DNA of 64,000 nt from assembly GCA_044229845.1 (NCBI GenBank), contig JBGASG010000006.1, positions 160,001 through 224,000 of the forward strand, given 5' to 3'. This document shows, piece by piece, positions 9,441 through 19,447 of this stretch. This DNA comes from Candidatus Obscuribacteraceae bacterium. Lineage in GTDB: Bacteria > Cyanobacteriota > Vampirovibrionia > Obscuribacterales > Obscuribacteraceae. Position 1 is the first letter of the stretch. Each line of letters begins with the position of its first letter. Below the pieces are notes generated by a model. That model was not told where the DNA came from. It was given only the letters and a program-made list of their open reading frames with translations, and did not search any database. The position numbers and the translations under genes are program-made.

Positions 9441-10319
9441 GTGTCTAAGATATCCAAATCAAATCCCAGAGCATCAAAAGGCAGCATGCAAGTGCTTGCC
9501 TGCGCGCTGTTCGCATTTATGGCTATGGGCCTACTGATCGCCTTTTCATACGGCGGTCTGTTCTTCGTGCAAAACAGATTGCGTGCCTCCGCCGATGAAA
9601 TCGCTCTCGCCGGTGCGCGCAAGCTGAATGACCAGGATCGCATCGGTCAAATGAACAATATGATCGCGCGTTCGCGACAAGCCGTCTTTTCTTCAAGGCA
9701 GCAACTTGAAAAATGTGCCGCCGAGTATCCGCAGATGGAATCGCTGGCGCAGCAGATTCTCGACGAAGACCGCAATTCGGCCGCATTGCTCGAGGATCAG
9801 CGCAAAGCACTGCGAGCCGTCGCCGTCGCAGAGGCGAACAATGCGATGCAGCAGAAGTTCGATCAATTGAAACAGTCTTATTCGATGAATCTGCCCTGGC
9901 TCAAAGTTAGCGTCGCGCAGATGCCCACTAAGACTCTCGGAAAGATTGCCGACATGCAAACCAATGTTCTCGAATTGAAAAATATCGAAGATCTGGAGGT
10001 GCATGACGCATCGCAAGGATACATCGCCCTATCCCCCGGACTGAAGCTATATAAGGAAAGCATCGATGCGAAGTTGCCAGCGACCGATGGCGACTTAAAG
10101 TTTAAACTCTGCCCACTCGCGGCTCCGGTTGAAAAGACGGTATCGCCGGCAAGGCTCGTTCTCTATAGGAAGTACAAGCCGGCGGAGAGCGATCATATTC
10201 CAACGGCAACGCAAGTGCAGCTGAAGGTCAAGATCGCAACCGGACTCGGAGCATCTGCGGAGACCGACATGATTGCAGTGGGCACCGCATCTGCTACCGG
10301 GGCATCGGTCCAACAATAG
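9441..10319 (+). CDS. TadG-like (Tad N-terminal domain) protein
   Basis: KGS plus TM helix, followed by QNRLRASADEIALAGA. Confidence 0.6.
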   Translation: MSKISKSNPRASKGSMQVLACALFAFMAMGLLIAFSYGGLFFVQNRLRASADEIALAGARKLNDQDRIGQMNNMIARSRQAVFSSRQQLEKCAAEYPQMESLAQQILDEDRNSAALLEDQRKALRAVAVAEANNAMQQKFDQLKQSYSMNLPWLKVSVAQMPTKTLGKIADMQTNVLELKNIEDLEVHDASQGYIALSPGLKLYKESIDAKLPATDGDLKFKLCPLAAPVEKTVSPARLVLYRKYKPAESDHIPTATQVQLKVKIATGLGASAETDMIAVGTASATGASVQQ

Positions 10320-10514
10320 TTTTGTCACGCAGTCGGGTTACAACAAAGCTATTGGAACAGCTGTTCCAATAGCTTTGTTGTAACCCGCAATGTAAGCCCA
10401 TATTCGCAGGACATTACATATAGATTACCCGCGATTTTCCGCCTAATTCCTATAACGCTATTGTAAATCCACAAGAACCCAATGTTTCTTATACACCTGA
10501 GTGAGGCACTGCAA

Positions 10515-11873
10515 ATGATCCCCAACCTCAAGAAGTTTTTTGGAATCGCGATGTCCGCAGCCGTGTGCTTATCATCTATGAGCACGTTGCCGGCCCAGAG
10601 CGCGCCCCTCAAGGCTCTGAAAAATCCTGTGCGTTCTGCGCAGAAGCAAGTGCGCCCGCAAGTTTCGTGGACTCCAGATCTATTGATTATCATGCCGGAT
10701 GCCAAAGCTGATTCGGACGACATTAAGGAAGCTCTCGATGACGTACATGGAACCGTAGTCACCACATTTGGTGAAGGCAAGCTGAAAGTAATCGTGCTGC
10801 GCACGGAAAAAGGACAGCTCGAAGCCACCGAGAAAAAACTCACCGCCGACAAGAAACACTTCGCAGCCGTCGGTCGCAACTACAGATTTTCGTCGCACGT
10901 CGTTCCCAATGATCCAGCCTTCCCCGCCTCCTGGCACCTGCCGGCTCTCAACTGTCCGAAAGCCTGGGACAAATCCACAGGCGGCGTGAAGATCGCAGTA
11001 CTCGACACCGGTTGCCAGGCTTCGATTCCAGACCTCTCCGGCAAAGTAGAAAAAGGATTTGATGCGAATACCGGTGCCGCTAAAGCCCTCGGCGGGTTCC
11101 TGGCATTCGGTGGCGCTCCCGGGCTGGACGACATCCTGGGAGCGGCAGCTGCGGCTGCTTCTTCCGGAGCCAAAACAGATCAAAACGGACACGGAACGTG
11201 GGTCGCCTCCTCTGCCGCCGCTAAAATGAACAACAACCAGATTACCGCCGGTGTTGCGCCTTCTGCCACCATTTATCCAATTCGCATTGCCGACGCCGGC
11301 TACTCGCAGAAAGCCAGCACCGATGATCTGTCAGTTATCTGCGCCATGGCTAAGGTGTACACATCGGGCGCCCGCATCGTCAACCTCAGTTATGGCGGCC
11401 CGTACTACGGCTTCCATAACGCAGCGTTGCATGCGCCGCTGCACAAGTACTTCGCCGAGTTCTACACCATGCGCGGTGGCTTGATCTTCCTGTCCGCCGG
11501 TAATGACGCCATATTTGATGGCACCCCGAACATGCCATACTTCAACATGGTGTCCGCCATCGATTCGACCGGCACGCTCGCAGACTTCTCGAACTGGGGC
11601 ACAATCGTCGACTTCACAGCACCGGGTAAGGGCATCGTCGTCAGCGACATCAACGGAGCCCAGGTGTCTGTGGATGGAACATCCTTCTCCTGCCCGATTG
11701 TGGCTGCGGAAGCAGCGCTTGTTTGGAGCAAGAACCCGGCGCTTCCCAACGTTGCTGTCGAGCAAATTCTGCGCGCCAGTTGCGTAAACTCCACACCAGG
11801 CTGGAACCCCTACTACGGCTGGGGCATGCCTGATGCGGAAAGAGCGGCTTCTCTGGCGACAGGCGGACTCTAA
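10515..11873 (+). CDS. secreted S8 (subtilisin-like) serine protease
   Basis: Signal peptide; catalytic motifs IAVLDTG, NGHGTWVA, SAGN, GTSFSCP. Confidence 0.92.
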   Translation: MIPNLKKFFGIAMSAAVCLSSMSTLPAQSAPLKALKNPVRSAQKQVRPQVSWTPDLLIIMPDAKADSDDIKEALDDVHGTVVTTFGEGKLKVIVLRTEKGQLEATEKKLTADKKHFAAVGRNYRFSSHVVPNDPAFPASWHLPALNCPKAWDKSTGGVKIAVLDTGCQASIPDLSGKVEKGFDANTGAAKALGGFLAFGGAPGLDDILGAAAAAASSGAKTDQNGHGTWVASSAAAKMNNNQITAGVAPSATIYPIRIADAGYSQKASTDDLSVICAMAKVYTSGARIVNLSYGGPYYGFHNAALHAPLHKYFAEFYTMRGGLIFLSAGNDAIFDGTPNMPYFNMVSAIDSTGTLADFSNWGTIVDFTAPGKGIVVSDINGAQVSVDGTSFSCPIVAAEAALVWSKNPALPNVAVEQILRASCVNSTPGWNPYYGWGMPDAERAASLATGGL

Positions 11874-12035
11874 TCAATGACCCAGTGGTGTCTGTTCCGG
11901 CAAGATGACAGGCACCACTTTCACCTGGAAGCGTCGCGCTGACCGGCCGAAAAGCGACAGTCGAATGGCAGCCCGACGCTTTCAGATAAGAAGCAATGAA
12001 TTCGCCACTCGATCGCATCGAGCAAGGAAAGGACA

Positions 12036-12650
12036 ATGAACGGCAAGCTTAGAAAATTGGTCTCCGGTCTGATGGCAATAGCAGGTCTAGCAGGAATAAT
12101 CGCGCTGACCGCATCCCAATCGGCATTAGCAGATCTGGTCGACCTGCCGTACGACTGGGTCTTCCAGGTAGAAACCAAGCCGTTATCCAAGCAATTCGAA
12201 TATCAGGGCTCGCCCCTTAAACCAGTCGAGAAAATCGACATCAGGTATCATCCGGCAAAAGATGCGGACAACAAGACCACTTACGAATACCTCTGGTATC
12301 ACGACGGCAAACCGCTCGGTCTCGAACGTACCAAAAAATTCGATCTACCTCAGGGCGACAGCATCGCCATTCAGGTTAAACACAAAAACGGCAGTTCTAC
12401 CAGCGGCGAAGAGAAGGCTGCTGCCAACGCAATTCTGCGTGTGACTCTCGATGCCTACCTGAACAAGAACGCCGTCGCTCTGGTCAAGCTACCATCCGAC
12501 TCGTTCTACGACATCTCCGGGCACTTGCAGAGTCAAGGTCTGCAAGTAGCACCAGACATGGCAGCCGAAGGCACGCCGCTCCAATCAAGCCTGACACTCT
12601 TCCTGGTCTCAGAACCCGAAGGCATAAAACAAACCCTCTACCGTCCCTAG
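12036..12650 (+). CDS. secreted hypothetical protein
   Basis: 204-aa ORF, AAGGA RBS, signal peptide ending near ALA. Confidence 0.7.
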   Translation: MNGKLRKLVSGLMAIAGLAGIIALTASQSALADLVDLPYDWVFQVETKPLSKQFEYQGSPLKPVEKIDIRYHPAKDADNKTTYEYLWYHDGKPLGLERTKKFDLPQGDSIAIQVKHKNGSSTSGEEKAAANAILRVTLDAYLNKNAVALVKLPSDSFYDISGHLQSQGLQVAPDMAAEGTPLQSSLTLFLVSEPEGIKQTLYRP

Positions 12651-12722
12651 CGAAGCCTTCTAGCGACCTAGCGAACGCCCGTCCCAACGCCCATCTCGAG
12701 AACCATCCGCCGTTTCAGATTT

Positions 12723-13148
12723 CTAGCTATCTCTGACAATAGTATTGTGATCCTTCAGATAAACAAACTTATCTTCGGTGAGAGTTTGAATCATCCAGTA
12801 CACAGCGACTCCGAAGGCAAGCAGGCACGCGACCAATCCAGCTGCTCCCATCTGATTCGAGAAAACAATCAATAGCGCGCAGACCACCATCGAAATAAAG
12901 TAAGAGGCTCCCAGCGGAACGCCACACTCCAGATTCACAGTCTCACCCGGTCTCACTGTGATCGGCACTGTCTTGCTTTTGCACCAACTCACTTTGATCC
13001 GCACATTGTGGATACCCGGTGACAACTGAAAAACCTCTTCCGCACCGTTAGCTATGGCACCAATCTTTTGATCATCCACTATGACGCCAAACTTGCGAAT
13101 GCAGTAGATAGGATTGCCCTTTCTCGAGAGACGAAGCCCTTCCGTCAT
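12723..13148 (-). CDS. membrane hypothetical protein (beta-rich N-domain plus 2 TM)
   Basis: 141-aa ORF with AGGAG upstream; two C-terminal hydrophobic helices. Confidence 0.65.
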   Translation of the reverse strand: MTEGLRLSRKGNPIYCIRKFGVIVDDQKIGAIANGAEEVFQLSPGIHNVRIKVSWCKSKTVPITVRPGETVNLECGVPLGASYFISMVVCALLIVFSNQMGAAGLVACLLAFGVAVYWMIQTLTEDKFVYLKDHNTIVRDS

Positions 13149-13191
13149 TGAAAACTCTCCTCGCCAACCACGTCCATTATGTCCCTCTTTA

Positions 13192-13261
13192 CTTGTCCCA
13201 CCCGAACTGAAGCGATATCGCTTTAGCTTGTCCCACCCGAACTGAAGCGATATCGCTTTAG
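13192..13261. repeat. GCGATATCGC palindromic repeat, exact 35-bp tandem duplication
   Basis: (cttgtcccacccgaactgaagcgatatcgctttag)x2. Confidence 0.9.
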
Positions 13262-13381
13262 CTTTGAGGTAGCGGGATAGCGGCGGCTAGAATCGCCATA
13301 TATTAAGAAAAATAGCGCTTGCCAAGAAGGCGGGTGCGGCGAGTGCCAGAATGGTCCAGTTACCTTGACAAGGTGGACGCC

Positions 13382-14089
13382 ATGATCAAAGTCTCGAGAC
13401 AGCTACGGAAACTACAGCGCCCTCAAGCGGCAGGCGACTCAGGATTTCTTCCCTTGGCGACTCTGAGTGTGCTCTGCGTTCAGATGTTTGCGGCAGCGGT
13501 GTTTTTGCTTCTCGTTCTGCAGAAAGGCTATTTCGGTCACCATCATCCACGATTGATGCAGGCAGTGGACGTCGCAGTGCCAATTCTGATCTGCTGGTTC
13601 TGCTTGTCCTTGTTCAATATGGCGAGGCAGAAACGCGGACTGCTGCGGCGACCAGACCTGAAACTCAATCGCTACCTCAATTATTCATTCGAGAAGACCT
13701 ATCCAGTATTCGCCGGGGAAGCATTCGAGCGCCTGGTGGATCGATTGCGCGCACACACGGTGAAAACACCTGACACGCGGCTGGCGTTCTGGGAATTAAC
13801 AAGCCTTAGCGAGCCCGATAATTGTGCGCATTTCAGACTGCAATACGTGCGCGTGCCTCTGGGCACAAAGCCATGGAGACTGTATCCACGGACAGTTGAT
13901 TGTACGATTCGTTTGCTGAGCACCGGTATTAGTACGATTGTGGATGTTTCTTATCACGCCAATTCATCGATGGACTATCCGATCGTTTGCGAGATTATTG
14001 ATAGGACCAATGAAGAGATTGATCGGTGCATGGCAGAAATGTCCTGCGTTCATGAGCTCGCCACAATCAGAAGCCGCGAGAAGCGCTAG
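13382..14089 (+). CDS. membrane hypothetical protein (2 TM)
   Basis: ORF with two hydrophobic helices; start uncertain (13319 or 13382). Confidence 0.6.
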   Translation: MIKVSRQLRKLQRPQAAGDSGFLPLATLSVLCVQMFAAAVFLLLVLQKGYFGHHHPRLMQAVDVAVPILICWFCLSLFNMARQKRGLLRRPDLKLNRYLNYSFEKTYPVFAGEAFERLVDRLRAHTVKTPDTRLAFWELTSLSEPDNCAHFRLQYVRVPLGTKPWRLYPRTVDCTIRLLSTGISTIVDVSYHANSSMDYPIVCEIIDRTNEEIDRCMAEMSCVHELATIRSREKR

Positions 14090-14124
14090 CAAGAATCGCT
14101 AGCAGAAAGCGCTAGCAAGAATCG

Positions 14125-15354
14125 CTAGCGTCCACCGCGGCGAGCCCGGATGGCGGCCGCTTGCTCTACTCGTCCGAAGTAGAGCTTCGGCAGACTGCCG
14201 TGCGGACCCAGTCCTCCAATGGTAGCGTTGCTGGCTTTGAATATGATTCCTCGTGATGCCAGTTGTTCGGCGGACAAGACAGTGCGGACATCGCGGTCAC
14301 TGCCCATAGCTGACGCCGGCAATCCTGCTTGCGACAGCCATTGAAGGACACGTTGCTCTTGAGCCTGGCTATTGGCAGTAGTGTCCTGGTAGACGTTCAC
14401 GAAACGCTTGGTGCCGGCCGCCAGGTCGCGGATGTTGGCTTTAATCCAGGGATCCAGCCCGGTCGGATTGTAAGTCGAGTCGAGCATAGTGATGCTGTTC
14501 ACCTTGGCACCAAGAGTGTTCTTGTAGAGGATGGATTCGGTGGGATTGTAGCCGGCAGAGTGGGAGATGATGCCGACACTGGCGATGTCGGAGAGACGCT
14601 TGCCTTGAAGACCCGGGGTTTTGTCGAAGATCTCTTGCACCATGCCGTCGAAGAAACCATTAGTGGCGAACTTGCCTTGCGCACCGCTGTTGGAGCCCGG
14701 TTTAGTTTGCCATTCCGGAACGATCAAAATTGTGTTGGGCGGGGCATTGGCCATCTCCGCGCCAAAATTATTGTCGCGATAGGCATTACTGACGGTGGCA
14801 CGATGTCCGTGATTGTAGATAACGACGTTGATCGGCTTACTTGGATCGAAGCCCTTGGGTATATGAATCACCGCATCGGTGCCACCATGTCCGACGGTGT
14901 GGCGCAATCGCAATTCACGCGAGTAATCGGCCGGGAAGGCCGACGAGTTCACCTGCACCGGAGGCAGAACATCGCGGCGCGGCTGCACCACATCCTGCCG
15001 GGGCGGCGCGGTGTCGAGACCGGGCGGTACCGAAGTTCCGTCCTGTTTCTTGAACGGCACAATCGGTACGCGGTAGATATCGGTCGCGGGAATGGTCAGG
15101 GTTCCGGGATGCGGAGTCGGCTTGCTCTTGTCGGCAAAGGGAAATTTGTGCTCGGGAGGAAAGCCGAGTGTTCCCAGATTGACACTCAACCCGTACAGCT
15201 CGGGCGAGGTGATCTTAGAGATCAAATCCGGCCGTCCGAGATTGGGACCGAGCACCATCGAAGGAGCAGGCAACTCGGGTTTCAGTTGCATGCGAGACAC
15301 TGGCAGGTCGCTGGTGCGCACAACAGGTTGATCGTCTGAACTAAGTCCGGCCAT
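14125..15354 (-). CDS. alpha/beta-hydrolase-fold protein with Pro-rich N-terminal extension
   Basis: VVIYNHGH, IISHSAGY nucleophile elbow, MLDS, late PH; GGAGG RBS. Confidence 0.65.
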   Translation of the reverse strand: MAGLSSDDQPVVRTSDLPVSRMQLKPELPAPSMVLGPNLGRPDLISKITSPELYGLSVNLGTLGFPPEHKFPFADKSKPTPHPGTLTIPATDIYRVPIVPFKKQDGTSVPPGLDTAPPRQDVVQPRRDVLPPVQVNSSAFPADYSRELRLRHTVGHGGTDAVIHIPKGFDPSKPINVVIYNHGHRATVSNAYRDNNFGAEMANAPPNTILIVPEWQTKPGSNSGAQGKFATNGFFDGMVQEIFDKTPGLQGKRLSDIASVGIISHSAGYNPTESILYKNTLGAKVNSITMLDSTYNPTGLDPWIKANIRDLAAGTKRFVNVYQDTTANSQAQEQRVLQWLSQAGLPASAMGSDRDVRTVLSAEQLASRGIIFKASNATIGGLGPHGSLPKLYFGRVEQAAAIRARRGGR

Positions 15355-15625
15355 AGCAAAGCGCCTCCGGGCGAATGACGGAGTTAAACGGAACGGAAAA
15401 TCTGCAGCCCAAACTAGATCCCGAGGGAAAGGGCAGCGAAACCAATCCGTGGGATTAGTAAAGTCAGTCTCCGCGATCCGAGCGGACCGCGTTTATCAGG
15501 GAACATGCAGTACTTCTAATCAAACATTTCAATCGTGGCAATTTCGTGAAATGAAACCGGCAATTCATGGTGGAAATACGCAATCTGCGCAAAATCATGT
15601 ACCTGTGCAAGCCGCAGTGCATCGA

Positions 15626-16582
15626 CTACCTGGTGACTACCAGCCCAGTCCACATCCCATCTTCCGCCTGGTGCAGAACACTCAGTTTCTGCGCAGCAGC
15701 GGCTGCCAACACCCGTTCCACCTTCTCGGTCAAAATGCCCGCCATGATCAACACCCCATCGGCGGCAAGCAGATGCTCTCCGTAGTCGGGCATCAGAAAC
15801 GCGTTGTCCTCCGCAGTCAGGTTGGACAGAATTGTCGAATACCGCGGACGTTCGCCGGCGACAGCCGGTATATCATCGGTGCTGCCGCAAATTAGTTGCA
15901 CATTCGATTCGACCGCGTTGATGGCGAAGTTTTCGCGCGCCACATCGCAAGCAATTCTGTCCGTCTCAGCGGCGGTAATCTGTTTGTCCGGAAATAATTT
16001 CGCCGCCGCGATCGCCAGGATACCGCTGCCGGTTCCCACATCCAGAATCTGGTTGCCTCGCAGGAATTTTTCAATCGACTCGAGACAGAAACGCGTGGTG
16101 GCGTGGAACCCGGTTCCGAATGCCAAACCTGGTTCAATGATCACCAGATGGCGTGTGCCCTTCCTTTCCGAGGACAGATCCTTCACCGCCCATGGTGGCG
16201 TGACGATCAACTGCGTGCCGACGTCGAAAGGATGGAAGCCCTCCTTCCACTTAGCCAGCCAGTCTTCCTCAACTAATTCGGCGGTGCGCATAGAACCCAG
16301 GCATTTCGCCAATCCATATTCATCTAGAGCACTGTTGATGCTTTGCACTTTGGCGGCATCGAATCCTGCGCTTTCGAACGTAGCGCGCAGCGTGACGGCG
16401 GCGGTTCCGGCTGCTCCGGCAGTTCCGGCTGCTCCGGCAATTCCTGTTCCGCTTTCGGGAAGAAACTCGCAGCCGGTGGCTCCCAGCTGCATAAACAGCC
16501 AACCCGCCATATCTTCTTCCTGCGGCTGGATCGTCACCTCGACCACGGCCCAGGTGCGCTTTTGACGTTGTTGCTGCTGCAT
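15626..16582 (-). CDS. prmA: ribosomal protein L11 methyltransferase
   Basis: EEDWLAKWK, IEPGLAFGTGFHATT, LDVGTGSGILAI, GVLIMAGIL. Confidence 0.92.
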   Translation of the reverse strand: MQQQQRQKRTWAVVEVTIQPQEEDMAGWLFMQLGATGCEFLPESGTGIAGAAGTAGAAGTAAVTLRATFESAGFDAAKVQSINSALDEYGLAKCLGSMRTAELVEEDWLAKWKEGFHPFDVGTQLIVTPPWAVKDLSSERKGTRHLVIIEPGLAFGTGFHATTRFCLESIEKFLRGNQILDVGTGSGILAIAAAKLFPDKQITAAETDRIACDVARENFAINAVESNVQLICGSTDDIPAVAGERPRYSTILSNLTAEDNAFLMPDYGEHLLAADGVLIMAGILTEKVERVLAAAAAQKLSVLHQAEDGMWTGLVVTR

Positions 16583-16592
16583 AATGCCCGCC

Positions 16593-17573
16593 CTACTGGG
16601 CGTCGACTCGCCCTTTGTCGAGAATCCGGTCCTTATTATGACCGATGTCGTCATCCTCGAGGGTATCGCGCCGCTCCCGCAGGCGAGCTACTGCTGCGGT
16701 CGACGAAACATCCGGGCGCTGGCGCCCGCTGCTGGCATGACGAACGGGAACGACATCCAGATAGGCGCTTTCGGCGCCCTTCACGGATCCGAACCAGACC
16801 CGGTCACTGGGTTTCAGCAACACTGGGATGTTTTTGACTTTAATCGGCTCCCGTTCGCCCGGACGAGCAATGAACGTGCCGTTCATACTTCCCCGGTCCT
16901 CTATGTAGAGTCCTTCGGGAGTCTGGACAATCTTGGCGTGACGTCGGCTGACAGTTTCAGACAAAAGCTGCCCCTGCCCGTTTTCTTCCTCACGACCAAT
17001 CAAAATCTCCTGACCCAGGTCCAGCATGCGTCCTTCGTCGCCGACCGTCACGGTCAGCTCAACGCATACCCGTTCTTCCTGCCTGAATCCGAAAAACTGC
17101 AGCCCCCCGAAGGCGACCTTGTCCGTCTTCGGATCAAAATCGACCCAGCCCTCATCTTCTCGCTTGAAGTAAGCCAAAGGCACGATGCCATCCGGTTTTT
17201 CAATGGCAGCCTTCTTGTCGGCGCTGGCCAGCTTCAGCTGGACGTTTCCGCTCTCGCCGGTAAGCAAGTACAGGTACACGCCGCTGGCGGGGGCGACCCC
17301 CTCGGGAGCGCTGAAAGCCACATCAGCGCCAAAATTCCTGCCGATGCCCAGGGTGGCGCTGCGATTGGGTGCGATGTCCGCATTGGTGTCGCGATTGCGC
17401 AAAATCAGCCAGGTCTGGGGCTTGGTCGAATCAATAGTCACGGGCGTCGGCTCCGGTTGACTCAATAGCAGGTCGCCCTCCAGCACAGGATTCCCTGCAG
17501 CGGCATCCCAGGTGTCGCCCTCTTCGGGCCCCGGTTTCGCTGGCGGCTTACCGTCAGGAGGGGGATTGGCCAT
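16593..17573 (-). CDS. FHA domain protein
   Basis: IGR...VSRRHA...DRGSMNGTF motif; an earlier degenerate IGR segment. Confidence 0.8.
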   Translation of the reverse strand: MANPPPDGKPPAKPGPEEGDTWDAAAGNPVLEGDLLLSQPEPTPVTIDSTKPQTWLILRNRDTNADIAPNRSATLGIGRNFGADVAFSAPEGVAPASGVYLYLLTGESGNVQLKLASADKKAAIEKPDGIVPLAYFKREDEGWVDFDPKTDKVAFGGLQFFGFRQEERVCVELTVTVGDEGRMLDLGQEILIGREEENGQGQLLSETVSRRHAKIVQTPEGLYIEDRGSMNGTFIARPGEREPIKVKNIPVLLKPSDRVWFGSVKGAESAYLDVVPVRHASSGRQRPDVSSTAAVARLRERRDTLEDDDIGHNKDRILDKGRVDAQ

Positions 17574-17942
17574 ATGGAGAACCTTCGCGAAAAAAGCAGC
17601 CAGCTATATTCGTTCCCCAGAACGGCTCTCTCATCACGCTTCAGGACGATTTCCACAATAATCTGTAATCGCTTCCGTAATCCATCATAGCCTCTCGGAT
17701 TCCTGACTCAGTTCGTGCCCCACAGTCGTCCCGCAGTCGATCTGCAGTCAGACCCTGAGTCAGCCCCGCAGTCGCCCGCCGTCCAGTCGCTCTCCCGCAC
17801 CATATTTGATACCGCTAATGGTGCCTGATGTGGAATTTTCGTGTCCACGCAATTACACAGTGACCAGCCCGCCCGGCACTCGTACTGTATAGACAGCCCT
17901 CCATAGGCAGCCACTGTTCTGGCAATTTCAGGAGCGAATCTC

Positions 17943-19232
17943 ATGGTAGAGACAGTCAAAGACCAGGCACCCGTCAATCAGCTGCATGAATGCGGCGAAG
18001 ATCCGATTCCTCCATCCAATAAAGATTCATCTGAGGCGCTCGCCGCAGACGGCGCGTTCGCGCCCAGACCACCGGCGGCAGCAGGCGCAGACAAAGCACC
18101 GGAACCACTGGCTGGCGTACCAGGACCCTGGGTCCCTCCGGATGGTGTCACAGTTGAAAAAGATAAGAGCGGCAGAATCACCGCCATGAAGTATGAGGGC
18201 GGAGGTGGCACTAACTTCCAGTACGACGCCAAAGGACGGATGACGTCGTCCGAAACCAAAGACAAGGACGGAAAAGTTACCGGCACCGAATCGGTGCGCT
18301 ACAACGACGCCGCAGGAACACGCGTTTCAGTGAACATCCAGTACAACGACGAAGGCAGTGTGCTGTTCCTGAATCAGGTGCGCGATCAGTTCAGAGACGG
18401 CAAGCTGGTATCACATGCGGAGCGCAGCTTCGACAGTCAAAAAGAAATGCAGTTTGACGACCAAGGCAGAGAATACTTCTCTTCTGAAAAGGATCCCAAC
18501 ACCGGCAAACTCACCGAGATATTACGAGACTTCAAAGAAGACGGCAGCGTCGCCGTCACGTCAACATCCTTCGATGGCAATCATATGCAGACTGGTCGCA
18601 CAACCGCAACCTTCGACAAAGACGGCAAGCAAGTGGGCGCCGAAGTCTCACAACGATTCGACGAAAATGAAAACGAAGTAGCACGCGTAGAAACAACCTT
18701 CATCGAGGGTGGAACGTCGCGCAAAATCTTCGAAAACGGTGAACTCAAGCGTCAGGTCGATGTTGTTAAATCAGTCAACGCCAACCGCGCGGGGCACGTC
18801 ACCGAAAAACATCTGGACGCCGAAGGCAATCTGGTGAAGACGATCGACGTGGATTACTTCCCGCGCCAACCATACCTGCCGACCAAAATCGTGGTCACTA
18901 ATCCCGATGGTAGCGTTAAAGAGTCGACGGCAATCGAGTATGCAACCGACGCTGAAGGCCGCCTGCAGACTCACGGACCAACGGCACTGATCAAAAGCAT
19001 CACGCACGGTGAGCCACCAGCGGCGGAGGCAACCAAAGAGTTCGCCAATAAACGAGACCAATACAATGCCTGGCGTGATTTCTGGAAGTCCGTCAAAGAC
19101 GTAAAAACCTACGCTGCCCCGATTGGGCACCCACCCAACCAGGGAACTTATGGACCGCACTTGGATCGCAGCATGCCGAGAGGCTGGTCCGCAGAAGATG
19201 TCAAAAGCGGACTCAATCAATCGCCCGCCTGA
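17943..19232 (+). CDS. hypothetical protein with YD/RHS-like beta repeats
   Basis: Repeated YDAKGR / FDDQGR / FDKDGK / LDAEGN motifs; AGGAG RBS. Confidence 0.65.
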   Translation: MVETVKDQAPVNQLHECGEDPIPPSNKDSSEALAADGAFAPRPPAAAGADKAPEPLAGVPGPWVPPDGVTVEKDKSGRITAMKYEGGGGTNFQYDAKGRMTSSETKDKDGKVTGTESVRYNDAAGTRVSVNIQYNDEGSVLFLNQVRDQFRDGKLVSHAERSFDSQKEMQFDDQGREYFSSEKDPNTGKLTEILRDFKEDGSVAVTSTSFDGNHMQTGRTTATFDKDGKQVGAEVSQRFDENENEVARVETTFIEGGTSRKIFENGELKRQVDVVKSVNANRAGHVTEKHLDAEGNLVKTIDVDYFPRQPYLPTKIVVTNPDGSVKESTAIEYATDAEGRLQTHGPTALIKSITHGEPPAAEATKEFANKRDQYNAWRDFWKSVKDVKTYAAPIGHPPNQGTYGPHLDRSMPRGWSAEDVKSGLNQSPA

Positions 19233-19247
19233 GGATCCCAAGCACCA

Positions 19248-19271
19248 AAACTAAAGCGATATCGTTTGAGC
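19248..19271. repeat. GCGATATCG palindromic repeat, 1 copy
   Basis: aaactaaagcgatatcgtttgagc. Confidence 0.75.
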
Positions 19272-19295
19272 ACGAAAGTCCTGGCGATGGTATGG

Positions 19296-19328
19296 AAAAA
19301 ATGGCGGTGTAAAAGCACCGCCATTTTC
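19296..19328. terminator. intrinsic terminator (bidirectional)
   Basis: aaaatggcggtg-taaaag-caccgccatttt. Confidence 0.7.
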
Positions 19329-19447
19329 TCTCTTGGCTTCGCATCACAATTGAGTTGGATTAATTCGTCAATTTGCATTGAACTAAATCGCGGTCTCCGA
19401 CGTTTATCAAATAGAACCCCACTCGCACCCAGAACGGAGGTCCGACT

